64,000 nucleotides of DNA from NCBI RefSeq assembly GCF_009834535.1, contig NC_045697.1:54004001-54068000 (forward strand), given 5' to 3'. Both the position numbers and the translations under genes were made by a program. This stretch comes from Camelus ferus. Lineage: Eukaryota. The notes beneath the pieces are model-generated. The model saw only the letters and a list, made by a program, of their open reading frames with translations. It was not told the origin of the DNA and ran no database searches. Every line of letters begins with the position of its first letter. The first letter of the stretch is position 1. This document shows positions 13,561-25,172 of this stretch, piece after piece.

Positions 13561-14189
13561 GTAAGTTTATTTCCTCTTATTTAGTTCAATTCTCTTACAT
13601 ACAATAGCTCCAGGATAAGTTTGGGCATTGATTTTAAAAAATTGTGTTTTGGATGTCTTTTATTATGGGGTCTTGCCACCAGCAGAACATTTCTTTGTGA
13701 CTAAGTTGGTCCAAAGGAAGTTTAAAAATTTTTAATACCACCCAAAACTTATGCCACCCATGCAAGTCTATCAGTAACTCCTGAGCCTGGGTTCTTTGTC
13801 TACATTGGGTTTTTCACTTTAGCTATAGAATCCAGTGATAAATGGGAGAAAGCTTCTTTGTATATTTATCCTTCTTTTTCTTGTTGCTTACATTTTATGT
13901 CCTGTGAGTATGATGTGTAGAAAGGCTCATGCCAGCCACATATTTGCTTTCAAATGTCATTAATATACCTTGTTACCTGCTTCCAGGTTACCAATGAAAA
14001 GTTTATAATTAATTTTTTGATATAACTTATTTTTGGTATGTTTTACAACTAACTTGTAAAGTCTGATAATTTTGTGTGGTTGGGGTACTTGTATTTTTTG
14101 TCAGGGCAGGGGGACAAAATAAGCAGTGTTAGGTCTTCATTATTAGAAAGTAAGGAACATAGGCGATCCTTAGTGGAAATAAAAACAAG

Positions 14190-14495
14190 CTAGTCTGTAG
14201 AAATACTATGCCAGCTACATGTGCGATCTTAAATTTTCTAGTAGTCACATTAAAAAAAGTAAAAATAAACATGTGAAATACATTTAAATACCTTACACAT
14301 TTAACCCAATATATCCAAATTAGTACTATTCCAACAAGTAGTCCATGTAAATACTATTCGTGAGTATTTTTTGTACTAAGGCTTTGAAATCAAGTGTATA
14401 TTTTATATTTATAGCACATTCCAATTTAGCCACATTTCAAGAGCTCACTGGGCACATGTGGCTAGGGAATACAATATTTGAAATGTCAGCACTAG
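14190..14495. mobile_element. MER33/MER3-like hAT-Charlie relic
   Basis: aaattttctagtagtcacattaaaaa...tagccacatttcaagagctca...cacatgtggctag motifs. Confidence 0.65.
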
Positions 14496-14619
14496 AAACT
14501 ACAGGATAGGGGTCAAGTAGAATGAATACAAAGCAGTAGTATAAAAGCTGGTAAACCAAACTAGAGGCCTAACCTGGTGGTCAGCCCCTCTACTTACTTA
14601 GAAAAAGAGGCTCATTAGT

Positions 14620-15556
14620 CAGGGCTATCTACATAATTTGTGGATCCCAGTGCAAAATTAAAGTGTTGGACTCTGAAAAGCAATAAAAATGTGCTGTTAA
14701 AGGTACTAAAATATAAAACTTTTTCTTCTTTCACAGTCTTTTTCGACTTGTGATGGTATTTTTATTTGTTAATGAATGCTATTCTAAGTGAAAAAAATTA
14801 AAATTACTAGCATGAGTTTCGCTGTTCACCTTTATATTGTGATATATCAATTTCAAATGTAAATATAAAAGTGTTTAACTTTTATTTGGAATAATAAAAA
14901 TATACAGCTGTATTTCACAGCTCATACATACATGCATTTTGGTTACCAGATCAATGGAAACACTACACAAGTCTAGATCACGCTTTTTAAAAAACTTTTC
15001 GTTGATACTGGCACATTTTGCCAATGCTCTCTACCTTCTGTTTATATGACAAAGGACCAAAAGATCCCTCTATGTCATTATTTTCAGCAGAAGCTACTGG
15101 CTAATGCAAAGAAGTAACAGGAGCAAGAAAGAATGTGCTAGGGTCCCTTGGCCATTTGTGTTAATTAGAATGCCAATGCCTTCTTTGGCATTCAAAGCAA
15201 GCTCTGTTTCAAACAAAAACTGCCAGTGTCCTCTACTTCCTTAGTGGTAGGCATCACATACTCATTTTGTACTCACTTTGAGTTTGCTGAACATTGTGGG
15301 TCCACTGGAATTCTTAGTTCACAGGGTATTGTGAATGGTATAAGCAAATGGGGTGGCAAGAACCCATGGACACATTGTGTATTCCTCTGCTCATGCCATG
15401 CTCTATTATCCTATCAGACTTCATTTCCAAGCACAAGTTATGAGATAACAATTATTAAGAATTTCAAGACAGTGAGCATTAAACCCAGTGTAAGTTCATA
15501 ATGAGTGCAGGACCCAGTGCAGACACACAAGTCACACATCCGTGAAGTCAGTCCTG
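14620..15556 (-). mobile_element. MER45-like hAT-Tip100 element, apparently complete
   Basis: CAGG...CCTG termini, MER45-like subterminal sequence, 8-bp TSD tcattagt (14612-14619) / tcagtagt (15557-15564). Confidence 0.75.
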
Positions 15557-15566
15557 TCAGTAGTAT

Positions 15567-15975
15567 TGTAAAATGCCAAAATTCAACTGAATAAATTTAA
15601 AGATCTAATTGGCTTTATTTAATGAGTCATGAATCAGGCAGCACCACACCTTAGCAGATAGATAGGAGCTGAGTTGCTGTACAAAATGGAAGACATTTAT
15701 AGACAGAATGAGGTTGGGCAAGGAGGCTTTCTAGCAGAGTAGATTGTTTCAGGCAAGGGCACCTTCTTTTGCAAGCAGATTTGCAAATCTGTCAGGCAGA
15801 TTACTTCACTAGTGCTGACCAGGTGATGCCAGATTGACTGATTAGCGGTTACATTCTTGGGATAGATGGAAACCACAATTAGGCTAGATATTAAGTCTTA
15901 ATTGCTGATGTGGGGCTTAGAACAAGTGACTCTACTTGGGGTCATTTATTACTTTTTTTTTTTTTTTTTTTACCA
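15567..15975 (-). mobile_element. Solo LTR (ERV1-like)
   Basis: TG...CA ends, flanks gtat/gtag, minus-strand AATAAA near 15614. Confidence 0.55.
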
Positions 15976-16499
15976 GTAGCAACATGAAAAGCCAGAATTT
16001 TCTCTAGGGAAAGCTTGAGATAGAGAACACATTATTGAAAAAGGAGATTAGTGGTGGTGTTTTAAAATATTTACTGAGAATAAATGGTCACTTCTTCCTT
16101 ATTTTTGTCATTTTCCTCAAATATAGCCATAATGGAGAAAGTCAGAAGGAAGCCTCTCTAGAATACAGATTTTATTTTTTTGTAAATCAGTACTATTAAA
16201 TATTATAAGAAAAATTAACATTATTTTTTTGCAGTTAGAACTCCCATCTTGCCACGTTCAAAGGAAATAGGTTTGGTCATTGGAAATCTACTGAATCATG
16301 AAATTTGAGTGCTTAGAGTTTGATGTAACTGTTGGTTTAGTATCTGGATAGGATTAGGGCCTAACTGTTGAGAAATCAACAATCTAAGGAGTCATTGGCT
16401 AGTCAATTTCAGGGCAAACTGAATGGCAATTTGAGGGCAAATTGTCTTGCTAAAACTTGAGCAGAAAGAAGACCTGTAAAAGGATAACATTGTTTTAAT

Positions 16500-16778
16500 T
16501 TTTAAATTTTTTTTCTCCTTTCTTTGTTTTCTTTTTGTATATATATCTATTTATTTTTTAAATCAAAGCATAGTTGATTTACACTTCAGTTAAATAGCAA
16601 AGTCATTCAGTTATACGTTTATCTACATCTATTCTTTCTCAGATTATTTTTCATTATAGGCTATTACAAGATATTGAATATAGTCCCCTATGCTAAACAG
16701 TAGGTCCTTGTTCATCTGTTTTATATATAATAGTGTGTTATCTTTTAATCCCAAATTTCTAATTTATCGCTCCCCTCC
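16500..16778 (-). mobile_element. 5'-truncated L1 3' UTR with degenerate T tail
   Basis: tagttgatttaca...ttacaagatattgaatatagtccc L1 3' motifs; diverged TSD ataacattgttttaat / ataacactgtttttaat. Confidence 0.7.
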
Positions 16779-17314
16779 ATAACACTGTTTTTAATAACAT
16801 GGGAGTGAGGACTAATTTAGGGGCACACCACTCAGATATGTTATACAAATGGAACTATGTCTATGAGTTTAGTAAAAAACAAAATCTGAAATAATGGTCA
16901 ATAAAAATATCACTGTATTTGGGGGATCAGCACTATAGCGCGGCACTGCCCGCAGAGAGGCTGTGGAACATCTGCACCTGCTGTAACACTCAGGTTCCTG
17001 CCTCTTAGCACAGAGCTGCCGAGTTGGAATTACCGGGAAAGAGCAGGCATTTACAGCAACAACACTCTCTAGGTGACTTTCAGTCACACTTGAGTTTAGG
17101 AAACACTGTTCAAACCTCCCTTTTCCTCAAGGCAGTGAACATACTAAGTCTATGATAAACTACCTGTGTTCCTTGTTTGTTTGTTTGTTTTTTAAACAAT
17201 CTAGAGCTATTATCTTATAATGGAATTGAGCAACCTTTAGTTGTTGAAGTATTCAGAGGCATTATGTAATTCTGATACGCTGACCCTGTTCTATTCACCA
17301 TTTCTGTGTTTCAG

Positions 17315-17353
17315 AAATCAACAAGACAGAAACAGACGACTTTCTGAGCAATT
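17315..17353 (+). CDS. TMPRSS11E: TMPRSS11E-like exon 6 (KINKTETDDFLSN)
   Basis: tttcag acceptor, gtaagt donor; 39-nt exon resembling DESC1 KINKTETDSYLNH. Confidence 0.92.
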
Positions 17354-18565
17354 GTAAGTTTAATACATTAGTTATTAAAGTTGCATTACCTGAATGTAAA
17401 AAGTTAACTCTAGATTATTTAGGCTTACTTTGTTGGTATTATAGGGTCAGAATAAAGTTTGATCTGTACACATCTATGGTGTTTTATCTTATATTTGAGG
17501 CACATTTTATTGCAAAAGGATAAAAATTGGGAGGGCTTTGGAACAGATGTGTGGAGCCAGTGGCAGATGTGTAGTGGAAGTGAGTTGTGCAGTTTTTCAA
17601 GAAAAGGCAAAAAAATTCTCACTGTTTTGATTGCAGATATCTACAATATACCCTCATGAAAGTTTTCTAAACATTATATAAAAGTGGTCTGTATGTTGAT
17701 ATTTTTTCAGGTAGAGACAGAAGCAGTGTTACTGTACACTAAATAAAATCTTGATAATATTAATCCCATATTATAAAAATTGCAGACAATTATGAGATTG
17801 GGGTATATACTGATGAAATTGTTGAAGGTCCAGATAATACCTTCACCCATATTTTAAAAGTGCTGACTCTAGGCCTAGTGTTTCCCTTCCCCTATAGCAT
17901 AGTACCCTACTCTGATTTAGAGAATACATTTCATAGTCAACAGAATTAGCACACAATACATTTATCTTGAAAGTTGGAAGGAAATGTGCTACTCACCAGC
18001 TCAGAATGTTGGTTAGTTCACAAACCTAACTAAACATAAAACCAAAGGATGATCTCATTACCTAAACAGCATATATTTTTGCCACCATTATTTATTGGAA
18101 ACCTGCTATGTGCCAGTGCTGTGTTAGGCAACAAGGATATAATATATATGTGTATATATTCTAGTACTAATATGTTAGTATCATAAGCATATATATAATA
18201 TATTACTAATATATATTAGTAGAAATATATAAACGGAGATATATGTACATATGTATATACACACACATAGAAAGAAAGAGTTTACTGTTTTTATTATTAT
18301 TCTGTAAGAATCAAGAAAGTTGTAACTAATCCAGTTTGGAGGCAGGGGAATTATTAGAGAAGGCATTCTAGAGGAAGTAATGACTGATTTAACTCTTACA
18401 AAATGAATAGGAGTTAAATATGAAACACTACAATTTAAGGAAAGGTAAGAGTAGGAAAAAATGTTTGATACTACTGGAATACAAAGTATAAGAAATTTGA
18501 GACATAATGACACAATTTGATACTTAAAAGCGACTGCTAACTAATGCAACATCTCTCTTTGGCAG

Positions 18566-18743
18566 GCTGTGGGACACGAAGGAACAAAACTGCAAAATAT
18601 AGGGTCATGGTTGTTGGTGGGACAGAGGCACAAGAGGATGAATGGCCGTGGCAGGCTAGCCTGCGATGGGATGGGAGACATCGCTGTGGAGCGACTTTAA
18701 TTAATGGCACATGGCTTGTGAGTGCTGCCCACTGCTTTAGAAG
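18566..18743 (+). CDS. TMPRSS11E: TMPRSS11E-like exon 7: activation segment and His57 ([19 protein letters not shown]...WPWQASL...SAAHCFR)
   Basis: ggcag acceptor, gtaaat donor; WPWQ and SAAHC motifs. Confidence 0.95.
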
Positions 18744-19275
18744 GTAAATCCTGATCCATGAGAATGACTGAGGGTCAGCAAAGGATTGTGGGCTTGGCAG
18801 GAAGGAAATACCTCATGAGAGACGAGTTCAATATAAATTAAAGAAAATACATACATCACAAAGAGAGCGGGGAACTCATAAACCTTAGTAAGAGGTTTTA
18901 GAGTCTGGCAATGGAAGTGACATCAAAGTACATGTAGATAAATTATCCATTGACAACTACACAACAGTTGGTCAAAGGAAGCAGGAATTTTAAAGTCATC
19001 TTTGGATTTGGAGCTTGGTGTTAAAGAGAAGAGCTGTATATCTCTACTGCATATCTATCAGCGATGGAGGCCAGGTAGATTATAGGTTTGACACCAATGG
19101 GGAAATTCCACATGGTAAGAGAAAACTTAAATATGAAAAAAATTATACAACTGAATAGGCTGACTAGTTATTTTTCAAGGAATTTCAATTCAATCTTCCA
19201 ATCCAGTGCAAAATGTCTACAGTATACAGGATAAGTAATGCCTTGTTAAATTATTGTGTACCATTTTTGATTTTT

Positions 19276-19362
19276 TTTTAAATGAAGGTACTAGGGATTG
19301 AACCCAGGACCTTGTGCATGCTAAGCATGTCCCCTGACACTGAGCTATACCCTTGCCTCCAG
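19276..19362 (-). mobile_element. tRNA-Ala-derived SINE (camelid Vic-1-like)
   Basis: Minus strand GGGTATAGCTCAGTG...GCTTAGCATGCACAAGGTCCTGGGTTCAATCCC (A and B boxes) plus A tail; 14-bp TSD catttttgattttt at 19262-19275 and 19363-19376. Confidence 0.8.
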
Positions 19363-19750
19363 CATTTTTGATTTTTAGAGAATTGTGTATGTTCATAGAT
19401 AGGCAACATGGTGCACATAAAATAAGACATTCTGTTCTCTCATTCTGTCCAGGATATGCTCTCCAAATGCCCCTTGGAGACACTGATGCCCAGCAATGTC
19501 AAACAATCCTAGGGTCTAGAGTGGGTGACTCAGCATGCAGAGAGGCATGCATAGCCTGAGAAACATGCCACCATGGTATTTCCACAAGATCTGTCCTCCG
19601 AACATTAGCTTGGAATTTGTTTCTATATACAGAAACTATAATTTAACAAATAAAACTTATATTGACACCTGTCCACTGAATTATTTAATATAAATGGTTA
19701 TATTGATAACATGTACAAAGTGAAATTTGTTCCTCATACTTTCTCCTCAG

Positions 19751-20010
19751 GTATAAGGACCCAGCCAGATGGACTGCTTCCTTTGGAGTAACATTAATGC
19801 CTCCGAAAATAGAACGGGGCCTCCGGAGGATAATTGTCCATGAAAATTACAAATACCCGTCGCACGACTATGATATTTCGGTTGCAGAGCTTTCTAGCCC
19901 CGTTCCTTACACAAATGCAGTACACAGAATTTGTCTCCCTGATGCATCCTATGAATTCCACCCCGATAATGTGATGTTCGTGACAGGATTTGGAGCACTG
20001 CGAAATGAAA
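19751..20010 (+). CDS. TMPRSS11E: TMPRSS11E-like exon 8: Asp102 (HDYDIS), ICLP, VTGFG
   Basis: ctcctcag acceptor, gtgagc donor; catalytic Asp codon GAT at 19872-19874. Confidence 0.95.
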
Positions 20011-20606
20011 GTGAGCATCTGGGAGAAAGTCAAGTCATAGTAATCTAATTCGGTATTCTAATGCATTTAAAGAATGGAATGTCATTATGCCGAAATATGT
20101 TGATGGTTGGTCATGTGGACGTGGGCCAAGCCAGGCTCTACTTGTGAACCAAGTCATTTAGAAGACACGTAAATTCCTTCATGCCTTAGGTTACTATCAA
20201 GTTCATCACTACTACTTTAGTCATGGTGCTTGGTAAGGTGTTTGAAAGAGTGACTATGTCTGAAATTTGTATTAGGGAATTAACTACATCAGAGATTAGG
20301 GATCATTAACACACATACCCAACTGTGAGGATCAGAGACTCATAAAGCCACCATTCTCACCTACTGAAATTACCTTCTAAGCCCAACAATGGAATAAAAA
20401 TTACTTAAACAACTTGAGGTCCTTTCCTAGGCACCTAACTTTTCATTTAAAATAGAAAAAAATTTTCACAAATATTACTGTATCTGACAAAATACATATC
20501 CTAAGATTCTGTGCCACCATCTTATCCAATAGTTATAAAAGATTTTCTACAGGTTTACAGAATATATGTATATCTATTAATATAAAGTCTATTTTCTTCC
20601 CTTTAG

Positions 20607-20749
20607 ATATCAGTCAAAATTGTCTTCAGCAAGTACAAGTGGATTTCATCGACACTGAAACCTGTAACCAACCGCAAATTTACAATAATACCATAACTCC
20701 TAGAATGTTATGTGCTGGCTCCTTGAAGGGAAATAGAGATGCATGCCTC
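20607..20749 (+). CDS. TMPRSS11E: TMPRSS11E-like exon 9 ([16 protein letters not shown]...[15 protein letters not shown])
   Basis: ctttag acceptor, gtaagt donor at 20750; MLCAG and DAC motifs. Confidence 0.94.
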
Positions 20750-20774
20750 GTAAGTGGTTTGCTGCATAACTTTT

Positions 20775-22280
20775 TGTTCACCTTTTACTTTAAAATAATT
20801 ATAGCTTTACAGAAGTTGCAAAGATAGTATAGAGAGGCCCTTCAATCAGTTTTTCCCAATGGTTATATCTCACATAACTATAACACAATGTAAAAGCTAG
20901 GAAATGAACCTTGGTACAATGTGTGCTTCTAGGTTTTGGGTTTTTGGTTTTTTTTTAACACATGTGCAGATTTGTGTAATCATCACTGCAGTTGAGAACT
21001 CTTCTATCAGCATAGAGGTTTCCCTTTATAATAACATTCACTCTCCTCACCCACCACTTCACCATCACTAACACCTGAGAATCACTAATATGTTCTCCAT
21101 CTCTATACTTTTGTAATTTTGAGAGTGTCATGTAAACAGAACCATACAGTAACCTTTTTTTTTTTTCAAGAATTCCATTTTGATTTAGCTATTTGTGTTT
21201 TTGACCTACAAAAGATTCTCTCTGTAGAAAAATTGTGTGGTTCCTCTTAGCTAAATACACATAACTTATCAACAGTCTACTGGTATTGGAATTTTACTAG
21301 TTTGAGTGGAGTTTAGAATAGAAAACTTACCTCCCCTTAAGGCTCTTTACCCTTTCTCATTTATAATATTGAATATTAATAAATACAAATACTAAATAGT
21401 TCTCCTTTATATATTGAGAGCCACAGCAGACAATGTTTTTGATTCAAGTGCCAAACATAACTTAGAAAACTCAAGAGGAGAAGGGAAGTCTGTTCTTTCT
21501 TTCCTTCTGGTTTTCTAAGGTTCTTCCTTTATCATTTCTTTTCTGTTTCAGAAACTTCCTTTAGCCATTCTCTTGATGTAGATCTGCTGGTGAAAAATTT
21601 CCTTAGATTTTTTTTTTTTTCATTTTCAAAATTCTTTATTTCCTATGCATTTCTAAAGTGTGATTTTGCCAGATATAGAATTTAAGATTGACAGTTCTTT
21701 TTTTTTCAGCACTTAAATCATGCCCTCTGGGATTTCTGATGAGGATTCCCGTTAGAATTGTTTTCCCTTTATAGGTGAGGTGTCATTTCTCCCTGTGTTC
21801 AAGAATTTTTCTTTGTCTTTAGTTTTCAGAAGTTTGATTATGTATCTTAGCATGGCTTTCTCTGGGCGATCCTGTTTAGAGTTTGCTTAGCTTTTCAATC
21901 TGCAGGTTTACGTCCTTTGATAAATTTGGGAGATTTTCAGCCATTTTTTTCCTTTGAATACTTTTTCAGCCCTATACGTTTTTGTCTCTTTCTGGGACTC
22001 TAATGATAGGAATGTTACCTCTTTTGTTATACTCTCAGAGGTCCCTGAGTTCTTGTTCATTTTTTTTTTTTCTGTTCTGCTTTTTCTCTGTTGTTCAAAC
22101 TGAGAAATTTCTATCATTCTATCTTTAAGTTTACTGATTTTTTTTCCTTCTGTCATCTTCATTCTTCTCTAAGCACATATAGGGAAGTTTTCTTTTGATT
22201 ATTATATCTTTCAGTTCTGAGACTTCCATTTGATCCTTTATATATGGTATTTCTTTGCTGAAACTTCTTATTTTTTCATT
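20775..22280 (-). mobile_element. Old L1M fragments (3' end and ORF1 region) in intron 9
   Basis: L1MC-like 3' end near 20775-21150; minus ORF 21908..22162 (ISKLKDRMIEISQFEQQRK) resembles degraded ORF1p. Confidence 0.65.
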
Positions 22281-23789
22281 TTTTTCAAACATGATGGTAC
22301 ATGTGGCTACCTCCTCCTAAAAAATGATCTTTCTTTGGGTTCTATGATCCTGAAATATGCTGACTTCCTAATCTCCCTCCTTCTTCAATCACTCTTTTCT
22401 GGTTACTTATTATGGTTTCTCTTTCTCTCCCTCTCTCTAAGTTTGGCTATTCCTAAAGAATCTTTTCATTTTTTTTTCTGCTCTCTATATACTCACTCAA
22501 AGAAATTATCTTTTCTTTTCTTTAAATCAGCTGTCACTTTAGTGACTTCCAAACCTATATCTCCAAAATCAACCTCTTGCCCAAATTCAGTCTCACGTTT
22601 CCACCCACTTCAAAACCATTTCCATTTATATATTTTAAATTGTTAGTATAAGACTAAAATGTGTGTATGTGCCATCTTAAACTCAACAGGCATCATGAAA
22701 TGTTACCTGTTTTTTCATTTTCAACTTTCTCATTTGTGTTGTTGGATCTTATTATGCTTGGAATCTTCTTTTACTCTTAAATCTCCTTCACGTGTAATCA
22801 AGTAAGTTATAGAATATTTTTCCCCTTTACCATTTCTTCCAAATTTATCTCTTTGTCTCCATTCTTTCTGTTAACATCCTCATCTAGTCCATCACCTTAC
22901 TTCATATTTTGATCACCTTAATTGCTTCCTGGTTTGACTTTCTTTTTCTCGTTTTAAAAGTTTCTGTTGTGGTATATATATATTCTTGAATAAACTTCTT
23001 GTTCTGTTTCTCACTAAACCACTCACTAAAAATAACTGGATTTATGAGAAAAATAGGGTTAGATACAGACCAAAAGCCCCCCTCAAAGGCTGTGCAATTT
23101 TGTAAGCAGAGAATTAACAACAATTAACTGGACCTTGAAAAACAACGTGGACAGTGTAGGTAGGCAGAATGCCCGGAGTGGCTGGTGGCTGACTTAGAGG
23201 AAGTTAAAAATGCACAGAAACAACAGAGTAGAAATACCAGCTTGCAGAGGCTTAGACAATGCCCATGGGAATGTAGCTTCAGTAGAGGAGGAAGTGTAAC
23301 CTGCCAGGACCCAAGAATTAAGCAAGTCTGGGGTGTGTCTCTCTGGGCAGGGAGAAGGTTCCCAGGCGCAGGGATTCTTTTAACATTTTCTTAAAATAAA
23401 GCCTCAAAGGCTTCTGCCTGTGCAGTAGTGGAGCTGAGACCTTTTCCTTTTTTTCCTGAAGATTGTACTTCTACTCCCATTATTCTGTCCTTTACTAAAA
23501 CAAAACACGTATAAGTCATCGCAACGTCCATACTCCCCTTTTCCTTTTTCCTCGAGTGTGAGCTAACTAGTGTTAGCAGAGCAGATTACATCTTTCTCTA
23601 TTTGATACTTGCTGGATGTCACCTTATTTTCCAGCTTGTTGTTCCAGTGTTGATGGGTGGTCAGTGAATAGAGACCCCAGGATTTTTCAGAAAGATCATC
23701 CAGTACCTTGTTTTTATGACTTGTATAAAGAAACAGCCCTTTGGAGTTTGCAAGACATAAACAATTGTGTGGAATTTGTGATTTTATAT

Positions 23790-23980
23790 ACATATTTACT
23801 AAGTTCTGTTTTGTGCCAGGCTCCATGCTAAGCACATTACATACACTGTCTTCCGTAATCTTCAAAATTATCCTTGGAGGTAGGTATTATTAGAAGCATT
23901 ACAAAGAAGTAAATTAAAGGTCTTAGCTTGGAAGGGCCAGACTTGAGATTTAAACCCAGGTGTCTGACTTTAATGTCCAT
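23790..23980 (-). mobile_element. MIR SINE
   Basis: gtgccaggctccatgctaagcac...gatttaaacccaggtgtctgact; boundaries approximate. Confidence 0.55.
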
Positions 23981-24309
23981 GTTTTTCATCGGTAATAAAC
24001 CCTTCACCTTTCTTTTGGGAACTGTGTCACACTCATAAAGAAAACGGACAGTTGCTTTGACGGATGTATCAGATAAGTACCATTCTGCAAAGAGATGGAG
24101 CCTTTAATCTCAGTTTTCTGAACCCTGAGTCTAAGCCAGTTCTCCAGGTAGGGGAGCTTCTCCTTACCGTGAGTCACTGGCATAGGTAGAGGGGAGCACA
24201 TAGAAGACTTTTGAAAATCGCCCTTTTCATTAAACTCAAATTAGAAAAGTAGTAGATTTCTCTGTAACGAACTAAATTATTAATGACTACTTTCTCCCTT
24301 TTCCTTTAG

Positions 24310-24471
24310 GGTGATTCCGGAGGACCACTGGTTACTCCAGATGCTAGAGATACCTGGTACCTTGCTGGAATAGTGAGCTGGGGCGATGGTTGCGGGGCAC
24401 CCAATAAGCCCAGCGTTTATACTAGAGTGACTGCTTTCCGGGGCTGGATCGCTTCCAAAACCGGTGTCTAG
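24310..24471 (+). CDS. TMPRSS11E: TMPRSS11E-like exon 10: Ser195 (GDSGGPL...GIVSWG...KPSVYTRV...SKTGV*)
   Basis: cctttag acceptor; Ser195 TCC at 24316-24318; TAG stop at 24469-24471. Confidence 0.95.
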   Translation, partial: GDSGGPLVTPDARDTWYLAGIVSWGDGCGAPNKPSVYTRVTAFRGWIASKTGV

Positions 24472-25172
24472 GAGAGAAAAACCCAGTAGAGTAGAACACA
24501 TTTTTATATACAGGCCATTCTTAAAGATACAGAATTGCAGAAGAAGCCTTGCAGATCACCTAGATTTGTCTGATCGAACTAAACTGTCTGCTTGTATGTG
24601 CATATATTTCCTTCCTAACTTCTGCCAGATGGATTCCGTCCCAACTTGCATTCACTTGTTCCCTAGAAGTTTACTGTCATCAGATTTTAGCTTGTTAACA
24701 TCAATTTCTCATGCACGTACACAATTTGAAGTGATCCCTTCCTTCATTTCCTCAGCTTCTCTCATATCAGTAAATTTCCACTTTCAAGGTGTAGGACAGA
24801 GACTGAAAGGAAATATGAAAAGGAAAGAACTACATTTTTCATGTGTAGAAAAGCATTAGTATTTTTTTCTTTATGGAATGAGGAAAATGATCATAATCAT
24901 TATGAAAGGTCAAGCAAACAGACAACAGAATAACAAATACTTCATGATGGAAAAAGAATGGGAACTAAGTTAAGGAACTAAAGAGAAACTAAGATACAGC
25001 TTTATTTTTATTTCCAGCAAACAACTACAGAGATAAATGTGGGGAAGATTCTGCTTTCTTGTGGCCAACGCTAAGTATACAAACTCTATATAATGGGCTT
25101 ATTCTAAGTTCTAGCAAATAATAATTATGTAACATTGCACTACTAAGAATATCAATATTTAATAATAAGAAG

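Larger units (their letters stand above)
5226..24471 (+). other. TMPRSS11E: TMPRSS11E/DESC1-like gene span (coding exons 2-10; exon 1 not located in window)
   Basis: Nine GT-AG exons of 125,122,68,164,39,178,260,143,162 nt splice into one open frame: TM helix, SEA domain, CCG linker, trypsin-like domain. Closely resembles recalled human DESC1 (e.g. [24 protein letters not shown]). Orthologue versus paralogue is unresolved. Confidence 0.88.

Noticed and set aside
19276..19362. Functional tRNA-Ala gene
   Set aside because: The D-arm is degenerate and the element has an A tail and a 14-bp TSD, so it is a SINE.
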